Notes: generated by a model not told the origin, from the letters alone. Positions 12,150-27,056 are shown, counted from the first letter of the stretch. The stretch is 64,000 bases of DNA from Phoronis australis (GCA_002633005.1 NMRA01000185.1:341921-405920); one strand, 5' to 3'. Numbers and translations are program-made.

Positions 12150-14530
12150 AATTGAGGCGATATAGCACAGAACAGTGGCAATGATCAAGCTACGGCACTC
12201 TTTACTGAAAACCAACAAAAAGAAAAAATTATCTAGCAAATACAAACACAAACAACCCTGTAGTATTTGCCAAATATAAAGAACATTACATTTAGTCGAG
12301 AATCTAATTAGTCAACTTAAGGACAACCACAGCATGCCACTTGTCAACGCAATCAAAAAGTCATTAAAACAACTCTTGGGACTACTCGAAATTAACTATC
12401 AAATTAATGGGAAAAACAAGACTGAAACAACACCGCTTCTAAAATGCCCGGATATAAACCAAAGAGCAGAATCCCGAATTAAGAAGGCAAATATTTTCTG
12501 CAGATGCTTCTCAAGAGTAGGCCACGTAACGCGAGCTCCTCCCTGTTCTTATGCAACTCTTGACAGTCGGTCCAACAGTATCATTACACAGATCACCACA
12601 ACTTCGGCAGAAGTAAGAAAATTTATCAAAGAGTAAACAAATTTGAAGGATCTGACGGTATAGAAAACGACATGGGCATAATGGAAACCTAGGACCCGTT
12701 CCAAGAATCCAACTTAGTTTCTTTCTTGACTTAAGTCGATGATTTGTCTCTACCTCCAAACTTAAAAACTTCCACATCTGGAAAGGGCTTAAGAAAAGCT
12801 TTTAAAAGTTGTATCTTAAAATTGACTCAAGTTTTAGGTTTGTCTTAGCAAAGTCAGTTTTCTTGGAACGGGCCCCATGACGAATAACTCTTGTTATTGC
12901 TCAACTGCTCATAAAGATATTTCCTCAGCGCATTTTCCGTTTACATTGTAAAAAAAATATCATGATGCCTATCCGCAGAGCAAATTCCAAGTCAGCGGTC
13001 ATCAACTTAGCCCCGTAACACTTTTTGAGCTCGATGTCCAAAAGATCACTTCTAACAAACTCCTTGATCATCTCACAAGCAATCACTCACTATCCTCTCC
13101 AATTCGGCTTCCACTCCGATAAAAGTACACAGACTGAACTAATTGGTATACGCTTCTTGCGCTTCCAGCTAGCGAAAGGCAACCTATTCGGTCAGTTTAT
13201 CTCGTCCTGTCTTCAGCGTTTGACTTAAGTTCCCATTAACTTCCCATTAAGCTTTCGTCCTATGGAATCTTTGGAGCATTGCGCAATCTCCTAAAGTCGT
13301 ACCTTTTTACGGCACTAGCCGTGTCCGTATTAACGGCACATCTTCAGAACTTTGCCGTCGGCGCTACAACAGATAGCGTCCTTGGCCCTCTTGTTTTCAT
13401 TGTCTACATTAACGACTTTCTTTACTCAGTCGACGCAAAGATTCTTCTACTTTTATGCCGAAACGCGTATTTTTATTCATTCTCCAAACACAAGAGTTCA
13501 GTTTAAGACCACTCTTCAACATGAGGTAAATGAATCTCAACAATGGCCAACAAAATGGAGGGTTAAGTTAAGGCCGAAAAAATTGCCGACGTCACGTCCA
13601 TTGCATAGTGGTGTCGAAGTGGTGTCATATTGGTTTGGAAATAAACGACGAAGTCGGCAACTGGATTGGTACCTCCACCCATAGGGGGTGTGAGGGCCTC
13701 CCCGGAAAATTTTCATGGTGCATTTTGGAGGCTTCGAAATGCACTTATGACGTATTTCATGGAAAATATTGGTCCAGCGGCCTGCTGGATTGGTTCAGGC
13801 CTCCATGTCTCAGCTAGATCAAACATATCACCGGACAATACGTCAAATTTGACAATGAGCTTTGGAAACCAAATGCCATGCTTTACTCTCACTCCTCATT
13901 GCTCCTCACTGTTCTAAATTTAAAAAGGCTCAGCCCAATCAAACACCTACTTTAAAAGAACAGTAACGGGGCACCACCACCTGGAAACCATTTACTGGTG
14001 AACTTTGACGATTGTAGTATCGTTTACAAGAGCGCCACCACTGGACTATTGTTAGTCCTTGAAAATGATCGTCGGTAGGATTACCAGGGCCAAATGTCAT
14101 CTTCTTACGGATGAGCACCCACGACATATAGTAGAGATGGGCAAGCCTATCAGCTCGTCGAAAACAACATTTTGTCGTACGCAGTAGGTATATATTCAAG
14201 CTGGTCCACGGAATCAATAAGAATCAATAATCCGTCAACCCTTAAAATCTTGAATTGCTAAACAAAATCTAACACCCGCCGGCCATTTATAAAAATTAGC
14301 GAATCATACCTCACTATTACCCAGCCTCTCTCAGAAGACCCGTGATTCTCACAGTAATCACATATTGCAACGCACTACCGCACAATTTGAAAACTATCCA
14401 ACCAATATCTATCCTCAAACAAACCCAAAACTCACTTCCATAACTTTCTCACAAGCACACCGTCAACCCCTGTCCCAAACATTACAAATCGTAGGGAGAT
14501 TGTTCTAAATCGTTTCAGACCAGGGCCTGG
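12150..14530 (+). mobile_element. Decayed LINE ORF2 remnant interrupted by later insertions
   Basis: QFGFHSDKSTQTELI, LVLSSAFD, SVLGPLVFIVYINDF and QWPTKWRVKL in shifting frames; inserts at ~12690-12877 and ~13570-14215. Confidence 0.65.
12690..12877. mobile_element. Short MITE inserted in the LINE remnant
   Basis: TIRs ggacccgttccaagaa / ttcttggaacgggccc. Confidence 0.7.
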
Positions 14531-14593
14531 GGCCAAATCGTCCTACTCTCGAAGTCAAAAACATTTTCCATTTCCTGTTCTGCTTTAATACGA

Positions 14594-15135
14594 ACTTGAA
14601 GAGGCATGGAGCGCGAAAGCTCGTCCAAAATATCTTTTAAACAATTCCTGGCGAGAGTACCATCTCGTAACGTCTAGTGAAGAGTAGTACTTTCCCTCTG
14701 AGGAAATTTCCAGAAAAGGTAAGAAATTTCACGATGTTTGAAATGCGCGCGAAGAAAAAACTCTGTGGTTACCACAGAGTTTTAATCTCCCTCCCACATA
14801 TGATAAATGCGCACATACGCTCACAGTCAGTTGCTTGAAGTCGCTTGAGGTCAAAGGTCACACTTTCCATACAAGGGAAATGTGCTACATCTACGTCTCG
14901 CCGTACCAAATAAGGAGACGTGCGTTGCCTTGTGGGAGAATAATCGACGAGGTAGCGAGCAGCAGTTAACAGATGGCTTAAAAATTTGAAACAAAAAGAA
15001 AATACTTTATCAACAGAAATTGAAAATCTTTATGAACAAACCTTGAAAATACCTGGTGAGCAAACCGAATTCTGTTCCAGCGGCAGAGAACAACTTTCAA
15101 TATTGCAATTTAGTCTGTTCATCGCGTTTCAGGAT
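14594..15135 (+). mobile_element. Interspersed repeat family A, copy 2
   Basis: Shared blocks aaacaattcctg, ggttaccacagagtt, gaagtcgcttgaggtcaaaggtca and accaaataaggagacgtg. Confidence 0.75.
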
Positions 15136-16399
15136 TGTTTAAGATAATTGCTATTCATTCCGTTCTTCAGTACATTAGGATTACGCAAACTGTCGTGTAT
15201 TCCAAGTTCGTACTTGGTGAACCGTAGATTCAAGCTACAAACTCGAGTAAAAATTTGTGATTTAGAGTAAAAGCTCGAAATCCCGAGTTCAGACTCGAAC
15301 TTATGCCTTTAATGCTGAAGTCTTCAAATACAAAATAGGATTACAAAATCAACCACATAAACCCCAATATTAATATTCGAGCACGTAATAATAAATACTT
15401 ATCTTAAATTCGTGTCAAAGTAGAACGGACAATGTAAAAAATAATTTCGAGTTCGAGTAAAACGTTACATCCCGCCCCCCTGGTCAAATTCAAACACATT
15501 TTTGAGAATATATCCCCGCTCTGTCGATGTTGACCAACAAACTGTACCATTATTCAATATTGTTTTCATTGCACCCTTTAATACTAATGTGGTACAAGTC
15601 TTGAATAACCATCGAAGTATTTCCAATCTTTATTCAATAGCACACATAAGATCCCATAGCTCCTGCGTCGTTTATTTTTAATAAACCTCGTGTCCAAACA
15701 GGTCCTTGTTGAGGTTGTTGCCACTAGATATATGTGTACGTTCTTGTGCGAGTGCGTGTGTGTAAAATGAAAATATTTTGTAGGTGTTTGCGTGCATAAG
15801 TTTCTATGTGATTACCGGTAAGTATGCGTATTTTTTCATGTAATAACTTTCAGACGACAGAGATTGAGGAAAACGGTATTTGTAGTCGATCTTGTCAAGG
15901 TTTGTTATGACATAAGAGCGAGACTATGCAATTAAGAATACATGGAAACATGCTTCGTGGAAAAGTATCTTTGGAAATGCACGGCATGTAGGCGTAAATA
16001 ATTAAGATCAATCATTTTAGATAATCAGTTGATTATTCGGATACAATATGTGCAATAAATACATGGAGACGGCTCAAACGCTCACAACTAATTGCTTCCT
16101 TGAGAAAGTGCTGTCAACATGGTGTAATTTGTAATGGCTTCAAAACTAAAACTGCGAAGTAGTTATCGTGTTTGTGCAATAGTCACGGTAATTGTCTCTA
16201 ACAGGGTTGCAGCATTTCGATAATCAGTTTTCAGAAAGCTATGAGTAGAAACAGAGGTTTGAATAATGACGGCCATTATTTGCACAAATTACGCCATTTT
16301 CTCATGCAAGTGATACAGTATATCTGTGGTGTTTGGTACCCCAGGTTTAAGTGCAAGTTGACTTTTTAATAATGGCAGCCTTATTACCATAGTATAAAT

Positions 16400-16665
16400 T
16401 ATGCGATTCATCTATCTGCAAACTAGCATCGTTCAATTCGCTGACTTTATAACGACAGGTGAAAATATCAAAATAATGTACGTACGCTGCTTGGTACATA
16501 AATTTCGCATAATTGTAGTATTTCAATACTACCATTATTAAAATTTACATATTTATCTGGAAACTAGCATCATTCATTTCGCTGGCTTTATAAACTTAGC
16601 AGAAAGCATCAAAATAATGTACGTGCGGTGCTTGGTACGGAAATTTCGCATAATGGCAGTGTTAA
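16400..16665. repeat. Local ~140-bp tandem duplication
   Basis: aaactagcatc..tcgctg..tttataa..atcaaaataatgtacgt..gcttggtac..aaatttcgcataat occurs twice. Confidence 0.75.
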
Positions 16666-17661
16666 TTTACATATTTAGTAATCGCTTAATGTTGTCAAGT
16701 ACAACATAACCAAAATGTTTCAGGGGGACCACCTCAACACGAAACAATAAAAACACTGATACTACCAAGAATTTATAGGGATCTTATGGGCGACTACTCG
16801 ACTAGTGTCCGACTATTTTTGCTCGGTTATTACCGAATTTATCGGATAACGTTTTATAGCTCGGGTCCAAGCTAATGACTTCGATATGAGCCTATTCAAT
16901 CCAACAATAATTCCCAAAATATGTTCGGTCATAAAACCGATGACTCAGCTTTCTCACTTTTACCACATCCGTTCATTTCGAAGAACACGTTAATGAAGAA
17001 CGCCGGTTACCAGCGAGAGGCGAACGGGCTCACGCACATGTAAGACTTGCACAGCAAGGTGTTCTCACATGCACCACCTCGAAATATTTGCTTTATAAAG
17101 CTTTAAGAAGTGGACCACAAGCCCGTGTTCCCTCCAAGACTAACAACTCCCACTGGAACCCAAGCACTTTAAAGAAACAAGTGAATTTTATGCACATGTT
17201 ATGTGCTAACTTTGTAAAGAGGTTTTTCATGAAAATAACAATGTAACCTGCTGTAACGTAGCGCAAGAACAATACGAGTAAACATCTCTCATCAAAGCTC
17301 GATGTGAAAAAATAAGGCGGTACGCTGGGTCGTTTTCAGCTAGATTCTTGTTCTGACCTTGAAACTCCATTGTAAGTAAAAGAAGGGTCGATCGATTCAG
17401 TTATACCATTAGCTGGGCCATTTTCCTTCATCGGCTGGCAAAATTTTCTTGTTGTACAAACTCCCGAGTTGCCTGCAGGCGCGTATCAATTTCGGGGAGG
17501 TGGTACTTTTTCAACAAGTTTTGCGGGATCCGCGCGGGGTCCAATAGGCCCTTAATTTGGGCCCCCGCAAAAGGCCCATTGCATTGGCCTCAGCCCCGCA
17601 AAAGATCCATTGACAGTCTTCCTACCACAATAGGCAGCACGGGGTGGGAACTAGCAAACAT

Positions 17662-17827
17662 AGGCGTGCGTTCAGTAAACGCTAGGACCTACGCTAGGAC
17701 CTAGCTAAAACCTAGCTAAAACCTAGTCAAAGTCACGTAATCAAATTTAAAATGCACGGCAATATCTCACGTAATCTCGCGAAGTCTTGCTTTTTAGCGA
17801 GGTTCTAGCGTTACTGAACGGGTGGCT
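17662..17827. mobile_element. Short MITE family B; related copies at ~50433-50565 and ~55637-55762
   Basis: TIRs cgttcagtaaacgctag / ctagcgttactgaacg; the core aaatgcacgg.aatatctc.cgtaat.tcgc is shared by the three loci. Confidence 0.68.
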
Positions 17828-20800
17828 GGTATTCGCAATTGGGGTCTCTTAGGGCACCTTGTCAATATGAGACAGACTACGCGCTACTATTCATTACTCC
17901 ATCGAGGCTTATTTTGCAATGAAATCGTACTTGTAGAAAACTTGTTGCACAGTAAACAATACTACATAAGCACAACTATAGTATTTTTGAGCTGTGTTTC
18001 AAGTAATTAGTTATACCCACTTTGCTTGTGTATTACTTTCTGTGTGTACGCGTGTCAGGTTGTAAGCGGGGGATGGATTCCGATAATATGTGTTGTACTG
18101 GTTTTTCCTTTCTATGTCCGAACGACGTCGGACCTATATTTTCCATAAAGTACGTCAAAAAGGCATTTCGAGGACTCTTGAATGCATCAAATGAGACTTG
18201 ACTGGACTCTCGTAAAATACCTTACAAATATCCGACTTTTAGTCGGCCATTTGCAGAACCAATGTGAAAATCCTCCCGGCGTTGCTGATGTCGTCATGGC
18301 TGACATTTTTTCAGTGACTTTTAGGCGTTTGCACGATTTGACAAACGGTAGGAATGTATTTCAATACTTACAATACTTTCGAAAAACTATAAAATACACA
18401 GTCCCCAAAACACGTATTTGGCTGTGTTTGGTGATCAGTGGTGCGCGAAACGTGTTACCTGGATTTTTTGTGTGTTGGTTACGGATAGCTCTCAGGGTCT
18501 TCTAACAAAAAACACAAATATCACCAATTATTATGAGCTTAAACTACATAAGATGTTGCCCTCTCTTTTGACGGCACCAACCACTCCATGAAACATTCTT
18601 TGAATATCTTATACCAGTTTCACAAGTTCTCTGGCAAGAAGCCGCATGTAGACAAAAACGCTTTATTTGCTTTAGGAACAGGAAATGACGAGAGTTTCAC
18701 TTATGTCCCGAACTAAACCTTTCTTGGCTAAAATTGTATTTCAACATTATAGAGTAAACTTCAACACTACTATGACAAAAATTGTTATCCAGTGACCTAA
18801 AAAGTCTTCATGGGTTTACTGAATAAGTCTAATAGACTCTCTTTCAATCCTAGGGATAGTTGATGCTTGATAAATGCGCTTAAAAAATTAGTAGAGACAA
18901 TGTAGGATTCAAGATTTCCAATAGGGTGAAGGCAAAATGATTGAGATCAATTTTTTATAAAGTCTCTTAAGTAGAATCTGATTGTAATTCCTGGAAAATA
19001 TCAATTTCAAAATTATCTGCTCTATGAACGGAAAACACCGAATGCACATTTATGCCTCCGCCTACAAAAATGCAGGTAGTCATTGCACTTTTCCTATAAG
19101 GAATGTTCAGCATGGCGTCATTTTGACGTCATTATGACGTTTTGGATCCAGTGTGACGGCATGTCTATTTTTATTTCCGGGTACAAATTGTGTCATTTGC
19201 TGCAATAACGCGTCATCACTAAACATCCGAATTTTCTGTTGCAGCAGGAGTACTAACCAACTGTTAGCAGTGGACTTTCTTCACGAACCATTACGTAATA
19301 ATTTAACTATATTAAGCTCCTTTCGCATTGTTTAACTGACTGAAAACGAAAATCGAATTAAACCTTTTACTGGCATCAAATTGGTCTCTTATTGAGCGGC
19401 GCACCTCCACTTATTTCAGTGCTGCGCCGCCCATGTACTGTGATAAACCCCAAAAAACTCCGAAGCGTTTTCTAAAGTCTCTGATTGTTTCAATATTCTT
19501 GCTGGCAATGAAACTAGAATCGTGACAGCCGGCGCAATGAATACTAAGAGATCGATTTCCGTTTTCAGCCAGCTATATAAGGCAAAATTCAACCTCAAGG
19601 CTTAATGTAGAACGCTAAAAAAATGTCAAAATTTTGCTACCTGTGGAACATCATACCTCAGAAATGACTGGTCTCATTCACAGGAAAGTTTTAATCCCTA
19701 TGCATTATTCTCCAAATGCAGTTTGGAATTTTTAAATGCTCCGTTTTTGCACGAGTGACTATAAAATGGCTCGATTTTTGTGAAAAATCTAAAGTACCAC
19801 CAAACGAAAATGATTTATTTGAAAAAACTGCAACAGCGTTTTTGAGATCTCGTCTTGAGTATTCGTAATAATAAAATTTGATCAAGTCATTGTTTTCCTA
19901 TGGATGTACCTTTTTTGCTAAATTTTAATAAAGACATGGTCACGTGACCTAATTCATAGTAGATACATAAACAGACGGGATAAAAATTCTGCAAACTTTC
20001 TACATTTAGAAACAAAAAGCTAAAATCTACAATTTTCTAAATATTTGGATAAATGCGCTGACCTGTCAATAAGATGCTACATAATTGTAATTCACAGTAA
20101 TCCAATACATGTAGAGCCTGGTACTAAAATTGTTCAATATGTACTTAGGGAATTTTGACTTCGATAGTTTTTTGGAATCTAGAGTGAAAGAGCATTCGGA
20201 TGATGATCTCTTTTCTTGTACCGGGGCAGTCGTGATGTTGTTATTTTAGGTAAAATATGGCCAAAATCGCCGTTTTTGGTCATTTTTGGCACATCGGATT
20301 TTTGTCACGGCGGATTTATGAGGTATTGATTTTCGTCATTTTTGACAAACCCCATTTCTGTCAGTTATGCCTTTTTTCAGATGTCGGAGACAGCTGTGTA
20401 AACAAGGGTCCCGGCCAGTGATAAGGTCCAAACAAGTCAGTGGTAGTGTGGTCTTGGTAGACATGTTGGCACATTACAGTTATTACAAGGTTTTGGCTGC
20501 CGACACACACCTAAGTGGAGATGAGTCCTTTCCTCACGTCCTGATCAAGAGTCTGCAAAAATACAAAAAGTTTTGTAGCATTCGGAACTCAGACGCACAA
20601 CTCATAATAACTGAAATTTAATTATGCTGCAGATTTTAATCGGTTAATTTACATCGAAAAAATACCAGCATAGAGAAATAGGACCAAAACCCAAATTTGA
20701 CAGTTTTCTCCCCAATATTGCCACTTCCCGGCCTGCAACTACTATAAAAAACTGACTGCAGATTCAGAATGCTTGTTCTCTTTAGATTAAAAAATGTGGT

Positions 20801-22802
20801 CATAGTACGCCCCTTACCAGCTGCCTGCTTGACAATTTTGAACTTTTTGACAGTCACCTGAAACTGCACCCGGTTTCTCAGACACTGAGCAGGTGACACT
20901 TTTTGAAAGTAAACTGCAGCCACCATTTTGCATCAAAAGTAAGTTAAGGCTAAAAAACGTGGCTTTACTCATTCAGGACGAATTCAAAAGCACAAGCAAA
21001 TCCGTTTCATAGAACTTATATTCAACGCGTTCCTCAAAACAGCCACCAAACCTGACGCGTCCGTTTTACTTAAATTCTATGCATCAGAAAATGCCCGTGG
21101 CTTCAGCATAATTATTCAGTGCAACCAAGAGCATAGGCTAAATTTCTGGACTCAGTTTACTCAAAACAACTTCAAGGAACTATTGAATACCATTTGTGAC
21201 AATCAGTTCCCATTTAGTCCACAAAATTGCCGTCAAATCTGACCCACTTCATTTTCTTCATTTTTGGGGGGAGCTAAATCGGTCTCTACTGTGGCCTTAG
21301 ACCTGTNGGCTTCTGGGGTGTTGTGACCGTGGGAGTTGTTCTGGCCTCTGGGTGGGCTGTGAAATTGCTAGGGTGTTGTGGAGAATTTGTGGGGTGAAGT
21401 TGTGGGGAATTTTTGGGGGTTTTGGGGTGTGTTGTGAAGTTTTTAGGGTGTTGTGGAGCCTATACCCTTCCGTACACTACAATTTGTCGTAAATGACGAG
21501 TAATCAACAATGAAATTGACAAGTCACGACTATGGTATCAAAATTAGTAATGACATCGGCGCAGGTGGCGATCAAACGTGTCATCCACGGAAAAAAATCT
21601 GCGTATGTCGTGACGCACTCTTTTATGATACTTGGTTGTTCATAATTGGTTTTCTATTTTAATTAGAACGAAACATGTGGAGGGTGGAAGGTGATTATTT
21701 GATGTTTTTATGTGCACGGCGTTCTTGGACATACGTCAACTTGAACATCAGACAAGGTTAACGAGAAGAGCGGAAATGCCATCTGTTAACGAATCTCTTG
21801 CGTCATTTAGACCTGCAACGACTATTAACAAAGGCTTAATAGACATCGTCACTATAACTTCTTGAAAATGACGACAAAACGATGCCTTCAGGCCACAATT
21901 CCTATCACCTAGGTATACACGTCTAACAAATTGATACTAATCCATTAAAGAACATTAAATGCAATTCCCAGGGCACTGTGGGAATTAAGGTGTTAAGCGC
22001 TGCCAGGATAAACTAATATCAGAAGTAAAAGACGAAAATTGTTATTGAATCCGACTACAGCGTAACGTGATTAATGGGCCTTTGAACTACCCTCTTGCTT
22101 CGCTCTAAACAAATCCTGGGAGGGGCTATACACCTCTTACATTGGGTTTTGCGTGGCAGTACACACGTCACTGGTCTTGCTGCCTTTCTTCCACTCCGTC
22201 AAAATCTCTATTGTTGAACAAAAAGAAAAGTTATGAATCGTTACACGCCAAACCGCAACGCATGGCCACAGAAACTCATATTTTTGGCCCTTCCACTTCC
22301 CTGTCAAATTTAGGCATGTGCCAATACTAGATTCTGAAAACAAGTTCTCTACATATTCCAAACATTTGATACAAAAGTGCGGCCATTCTAAAAAATGGTT
22401 CTTTGTTTCATTTAACTATTTTTCGCAATTCTGGGTGGTTTCAGTGCTGTCACTACGTGAATTATCACCCTTGTGACATTAGTTTAATGAAGTAAGTTTA
22501 CAGATTGCTGCATGATTAATTCGCATAATTTATGCAAATAAGGGACGACATTATTTAAAATTCTGCTTCTGCCCACAACTTCCTTAAAGGGCACTACGTG
22601 TAGATTATTTTGATATTTGTACCCATGTTTTTGTGCTCAATGAAACCAGTTTGCAGGTCATTGCATCATGAATTTGCGTAATTCCTGTAAAGAGTAGTTT
22701 AGCTCATCGTCTTGATTACATGAATTTAGATGATCTCATTAAAGAGCTAGGCCTGGAACGCGATAGACAGACTATATTGCAGTATAAAAAGTGGTTATCT
22801 GC

Positions 22803-23185
22803 AATTGAAACAGAATTCAACCTGCTCACCAGGTATTTTTAGTGTTTTTTCGTAAAGATGTTTATTTCTGTTGATATCAAAGCATTTTCTTTTAGTTTCA
22901 AATTTCAAAAAAAAACATCTGTTTACTCACTGCTCGCCACTTCGTCGATTTTTCTCCCACGTGGCAAACCACGTCTCCATATTTGGCATGACAAGTCATA
23001 GACGTGGCATATTTCCTTGTATGGAAAATGTGATCTTTGACCTCAAGCAGATTCAAGCAACTGTGAGCGCATGCGCGCATTTACCGTAAGTGGGAGTGAG
23101 ATTAGAAATTCTGTGGTAACCACAAAGTTTTTCCTTCTCGCGTATTTCAAAAATCGTGAATTTGGGGATTTTTCTGGAAATATCT
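22803..23185 (-). mobile_element. Interspersed repeat family A, copy 3
   Basis: Reverse-complement match (ttctcccac, gtatggaaaatgtgatctttgacctcaagc, ctgtggtaaccaca). Confidence 0.72.
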
Positions 23186-24401
23186 AAGACCTTTCATATG
23201 TTTAAAAAAGACTGAATTCAAACCCTGATGTTCCACACTTCCCCATCATCTTGTAATATTTGCGTGAAGCTTGGGTGTCCTCGTCTTTTATTTATTTCAA
23301 ATTTCGATAACACATTCTCATCTTTTGGGATTTAATCTTTTTGTAGTTATCAACAATTCAAATGTGGGTGTAGGTAAGCAGCACACTTTCAAACTTGGTT
23401 GACTGTATTTTGAATTTTCAACACTGTTTCTTTGTTTTTGACTATGTGCTTCACATTCCCTTTGATGGATATGTGACTTGTGACATTTTGTTGACTGGTT
23501 TTCAATGACTCAAGACAAGCTTGCAACTCTATACGTATGTCACAAAAAAATAGAACACCTGGATTGAAAAAAGCGGAACATCCGAATATAACGTGGGACA
23601 TCTGGGTCTATGCCAAAACGCAACGGCTAGACTCCTGAAAACGCTTTAGTAGCGATTTTGATTTTTTCCAGAACAGCGTGGCAAATCACAATGATAAATG
23701 GTAATAAGTCGATTTCGCTGTTTGTCAAAGAGCGAGACGTTTGGATGGGGAACAGTGTAGCGAAACAACCCTACAAAAAGCACGAAGTTCCTGCCAAAAG
23801 CGGGTCATTGGCATCACCTCGTTCTAGTCTATGAAGAACTCCCACTACCAATATTAGAATACAGGAAATCTTGTTAACTAAGTGTAAACAAAAAAGACTA
23901 AAAACAAGAGAATTTAAAAAACCATAAAACAGGGAAAAATTTAATAATTTTAACTGTACATAAAAGTTATTGTCATATCGAGTATAAATCTCTTCTATGG
24001 ATTTTCATTCAAATTATACTACAGTGTACATTATATGATATTAAAATGGTAAAGTTGAAAAACGTCACACTATTTTATAGAGCTTGATATTAGAAGAGTT
24101 TCTGTGTAGTGTTAAGCGAATGCTATCAGAATGAAAAAGCTCGTGGAATCCACTAGTTTCAAATCTAGTGTTGAAGTAAATTGGTTTTCACAGAAAAATC
24201 GATAGAATAAACGAAATTTACTGGCATACTTAACGGAAGTGCAAAATTCACTACTATCGGCCACGGAAATTGTCTTCATTGGAAATTGAAAATCATAATT
24301 ATAAATGTTATCGAAAAGTCACGCTACACCGTTCTCAGTTCAACAAACACATCTGAAATATTTCTGACTGAGGCTTATCTACTTTCATTGCATATAATGT
24401 A

Positions 24402-25623
24402 CCGGGCTTTTCCGTAGATAAGCCCACCCAATGAAACGCTCATGGGTAGAAATGTTTGCCGAATAAACGCCCTTGGGCGTGATAATTCTACATTGAGAAG
24501 GTACATCTCGTTTCCTTTCACTGTTTCAAAAACAAAAATATTACAGTTAAATTGAACAACATATGAGAATACTAAAGTTGTTTAGGGCTTCTATTCACCC
24601 AGTTTCACAAACGCAGGGCTCTGCTGTCGTGTTGGTCGAAAACGAGGCCCAGAAAAAGGCTCATTTGCAACCCAATTAATGCCAAAATACGCATTCTAAA
24701 TTGAATGCGATGTCTATAAGTGATAACGAATAACATGTTCACGAGAACATTGATACACACCCCCAAAAGGAGAAACAATAAATGCTAACTGTCTCTTATT
24801 CATTCACATGTTGTCCCTTTCAGAAGGCAGCGCTAAATACACTAGACAAAGAGTTGTAAGTTTAACGAGTTTAATTCGCAGCCGACGCACAACGAGGCGG
24901 AACCGGAAGAGCTCTCACCAAACACAGTCGTACGAATAATAATGCAAATGCGCAGATTGGATGTTCGATCCGCTACCTGAAAAAAACTCGAATGTAAACC
25001 AGAATGCTCGTCAGACGTCTGGTCTGCCTTTTGCAGCCCGCAACCTTGCCTTCTTATTGTGAGAATTAGACCATATCCCAATTGAACTTGTACGAGTATG
25101 CTCCGTTCGTACACGATCACTTGTGAGTTTCCAAAATATTAGCATTTTAGTGTTATGGTAATTGCTTTTATTGATAGAATGCCTATCGGTATTTTCCGTA
25201 GATAAGCCCAATCGATGGAACGTCCATGGGCGTTTATTCGAAAAACTATGCCGAATGAACGCCTATGGGCGTTTATTTGAGGTTACAACTTCTGGTGTCA
25301 AGCGACCAGATAGGGGGGCATTTATTCGGAAAATTTCCTCTTAAAAGCGTCAACTTGTAGCCACAACTTTAGTTTTCTGGAACATTTATCATTTATAAAA
25401 ACGAACAAAGTGTTGGCGAACTATGTATTTATAAACGTAAAATTAAAAACTAGTTTTATGCAAAAAATCGCTGATATTTTCATACCCATCTGAGGGTATG
25501 ATTCCGCTTACACGCCCCCCTTTTTGGAATAAACACCTGGGCTTTTATTTGGTGTTACGAAAACGCTTGAAAATTTTCATTTTCTGAATACACGCCCATG
25601 GGCTTATCTACGGAAACTCCCGG
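24402..25623. mobile_element. Tc1/mariner(pogo)-type non-autonomous element with TA TSD
   Basis: TA|ccgggcttttccgtagataagccca ... tgggcttatctacggaaactcccgg|TA; subterminal gaataaacgccc.tgggc repeats. Confidence 0.82.
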
Positions 25624-25769
25624 TATGACCACTTGCCTCTCGGGAGCACAACGTAAATCGTCCTAAAATTGATTGGTGACATCCTCTCCTTAAATTTCAT
25701 GGTGACTTTGATACGCATGAGTGGCTAAGCAGGTGAAAATGTAGACGTCGAAATTTTCCATTAACATCC

Positions 25770-26413
25770 GGGATCTGTTTGATGAAAAGTGGACTAAGAC
25801 ACAGATTGGGCCTTACGCTGCAAATAAAAATTCATGAACAACATTGTAAACTGAGTTTAGCACTAGAGTAAAATATCTTGCAATATGCCCATGAAAATTT
25901 GCACACATTATTTCTGGCCGTGACGTCATAATAATGACATGTTTAAAGCTTTATTTGGTAATTTTGAAGTGGAAGCGTCAGACCACATTTTGCCTTAAAG
26001 CCTAACTTCAACGGAATTTTGATATTTTAGATGTATTGGGCTAACTAGATAGTCCCAGCAAAGCCTTAGTAAAATAATAAAACGCGAGTTCAATCATGCA
26101 CATGTAAGCCCGTCAAATAATAGGTGAAACTGCCTTTTCGTGCCATGTTGCGTCACCGCGAGATCCTAGCTCAAACGACAAGAACGATAACAGGTGCATT
26201 GAATAGGGGTCCGAATAGAACACCATTGCGTGCGGGTGTTATTCGCAGCTGCTTGAACTGAAAGGTGGTTCTCGCGGTGACGTAGAGAGAAGCAAGCCAA
26301 TACCCTTAACAGTTCGTTACACTAGTGGGCTCAGATCGTAGAAACCAAATTTACATGTTTTACCATTTAACATAGGCTTTACAATTTTACTCACTTCTCG
26401 TGAAACAGATCCC
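25770..26413. mobile_element. MITE (PIF/Harbinger-like GGG termini)
   Basis: TIRs gggatctgtttgatgaaaagtg / cacttctcgtgaaacagatccc. Similar termini occur at ~4127-4415. Confidence 0.68.
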
Positions 26414-26923
26414 ACGTCATGTTATTCATGAACTTCAACATGTCCCCTAAATTTCACATAATGTACTAGAGTCGAGAGGCCTCACAAAAAGTAATGCTTT
26501 TTGACGAGCAGATTGGCTCATCATCCCCAATACAAACGAACAAGCTACACCAAGTTACATGAATAGGCAGTTTACCGTGTTTCGCAGAAATAACGATGTG
26601 CAAGCGTTGGAGCATTCATCAGGTTTGTAAACCCGAAAATAGCTAAGTGTCGTCCTATCATTGTTGTCAACGTGAGCTCTCTGGGCCAAAATCATTACGA
26701 TACATCATTGAGGCCTATTCGCACAGATTTACCTCTTAAAGCGCAAGTTACCCAAATCCAATTTCAAGTGTCAAATTCGGAACACGGCGCATTCGTAACG
26801 GAACTGTGGCTAAGTATAAGCTCTCCGCGATATCCCAGACGACCGGCAGTGGCGCTGGGCACTACGACTCCGTTTCCGTCGTCTGCTCCACTGTGCAATG
26901 AAGAAAATTTACTTCATTTTTTT

Positions 26924-27056
26924 NNNNNNNNNNNNNNNNNNNNNNNNNNNNNNNNNNNNNNNNNNNNNNNNNNNNNNNNNNNNNNNNNNNNNNNNNNNNN
27001 NNNNNNNNNNNNNNNNNNNNNNNNNNNNNNNNNNNNNNNNNNNNNNNNNNNNNNNN
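26924..27056. other. Assembly gap (N run); further runs at 29920-29933 and 44558-44613
   Basis: Runs of n in the sequence. Confidence 0.99.

Noticed and set aside
21307-21460. G/T-rich degenerate ggggtgttgtg repeat (telomere- or G4-like)
   Set aside because: It is not a TTAGGG/TTAGG array and starts at a single-N join; a low-complexity remnant of uncertain assembly.
26570-26630. Minus-strand CTGATGA...GAAAC..GTA hammerhead-like spacing
   Set aside because: No closing stem II pair and no stem I complementarity.
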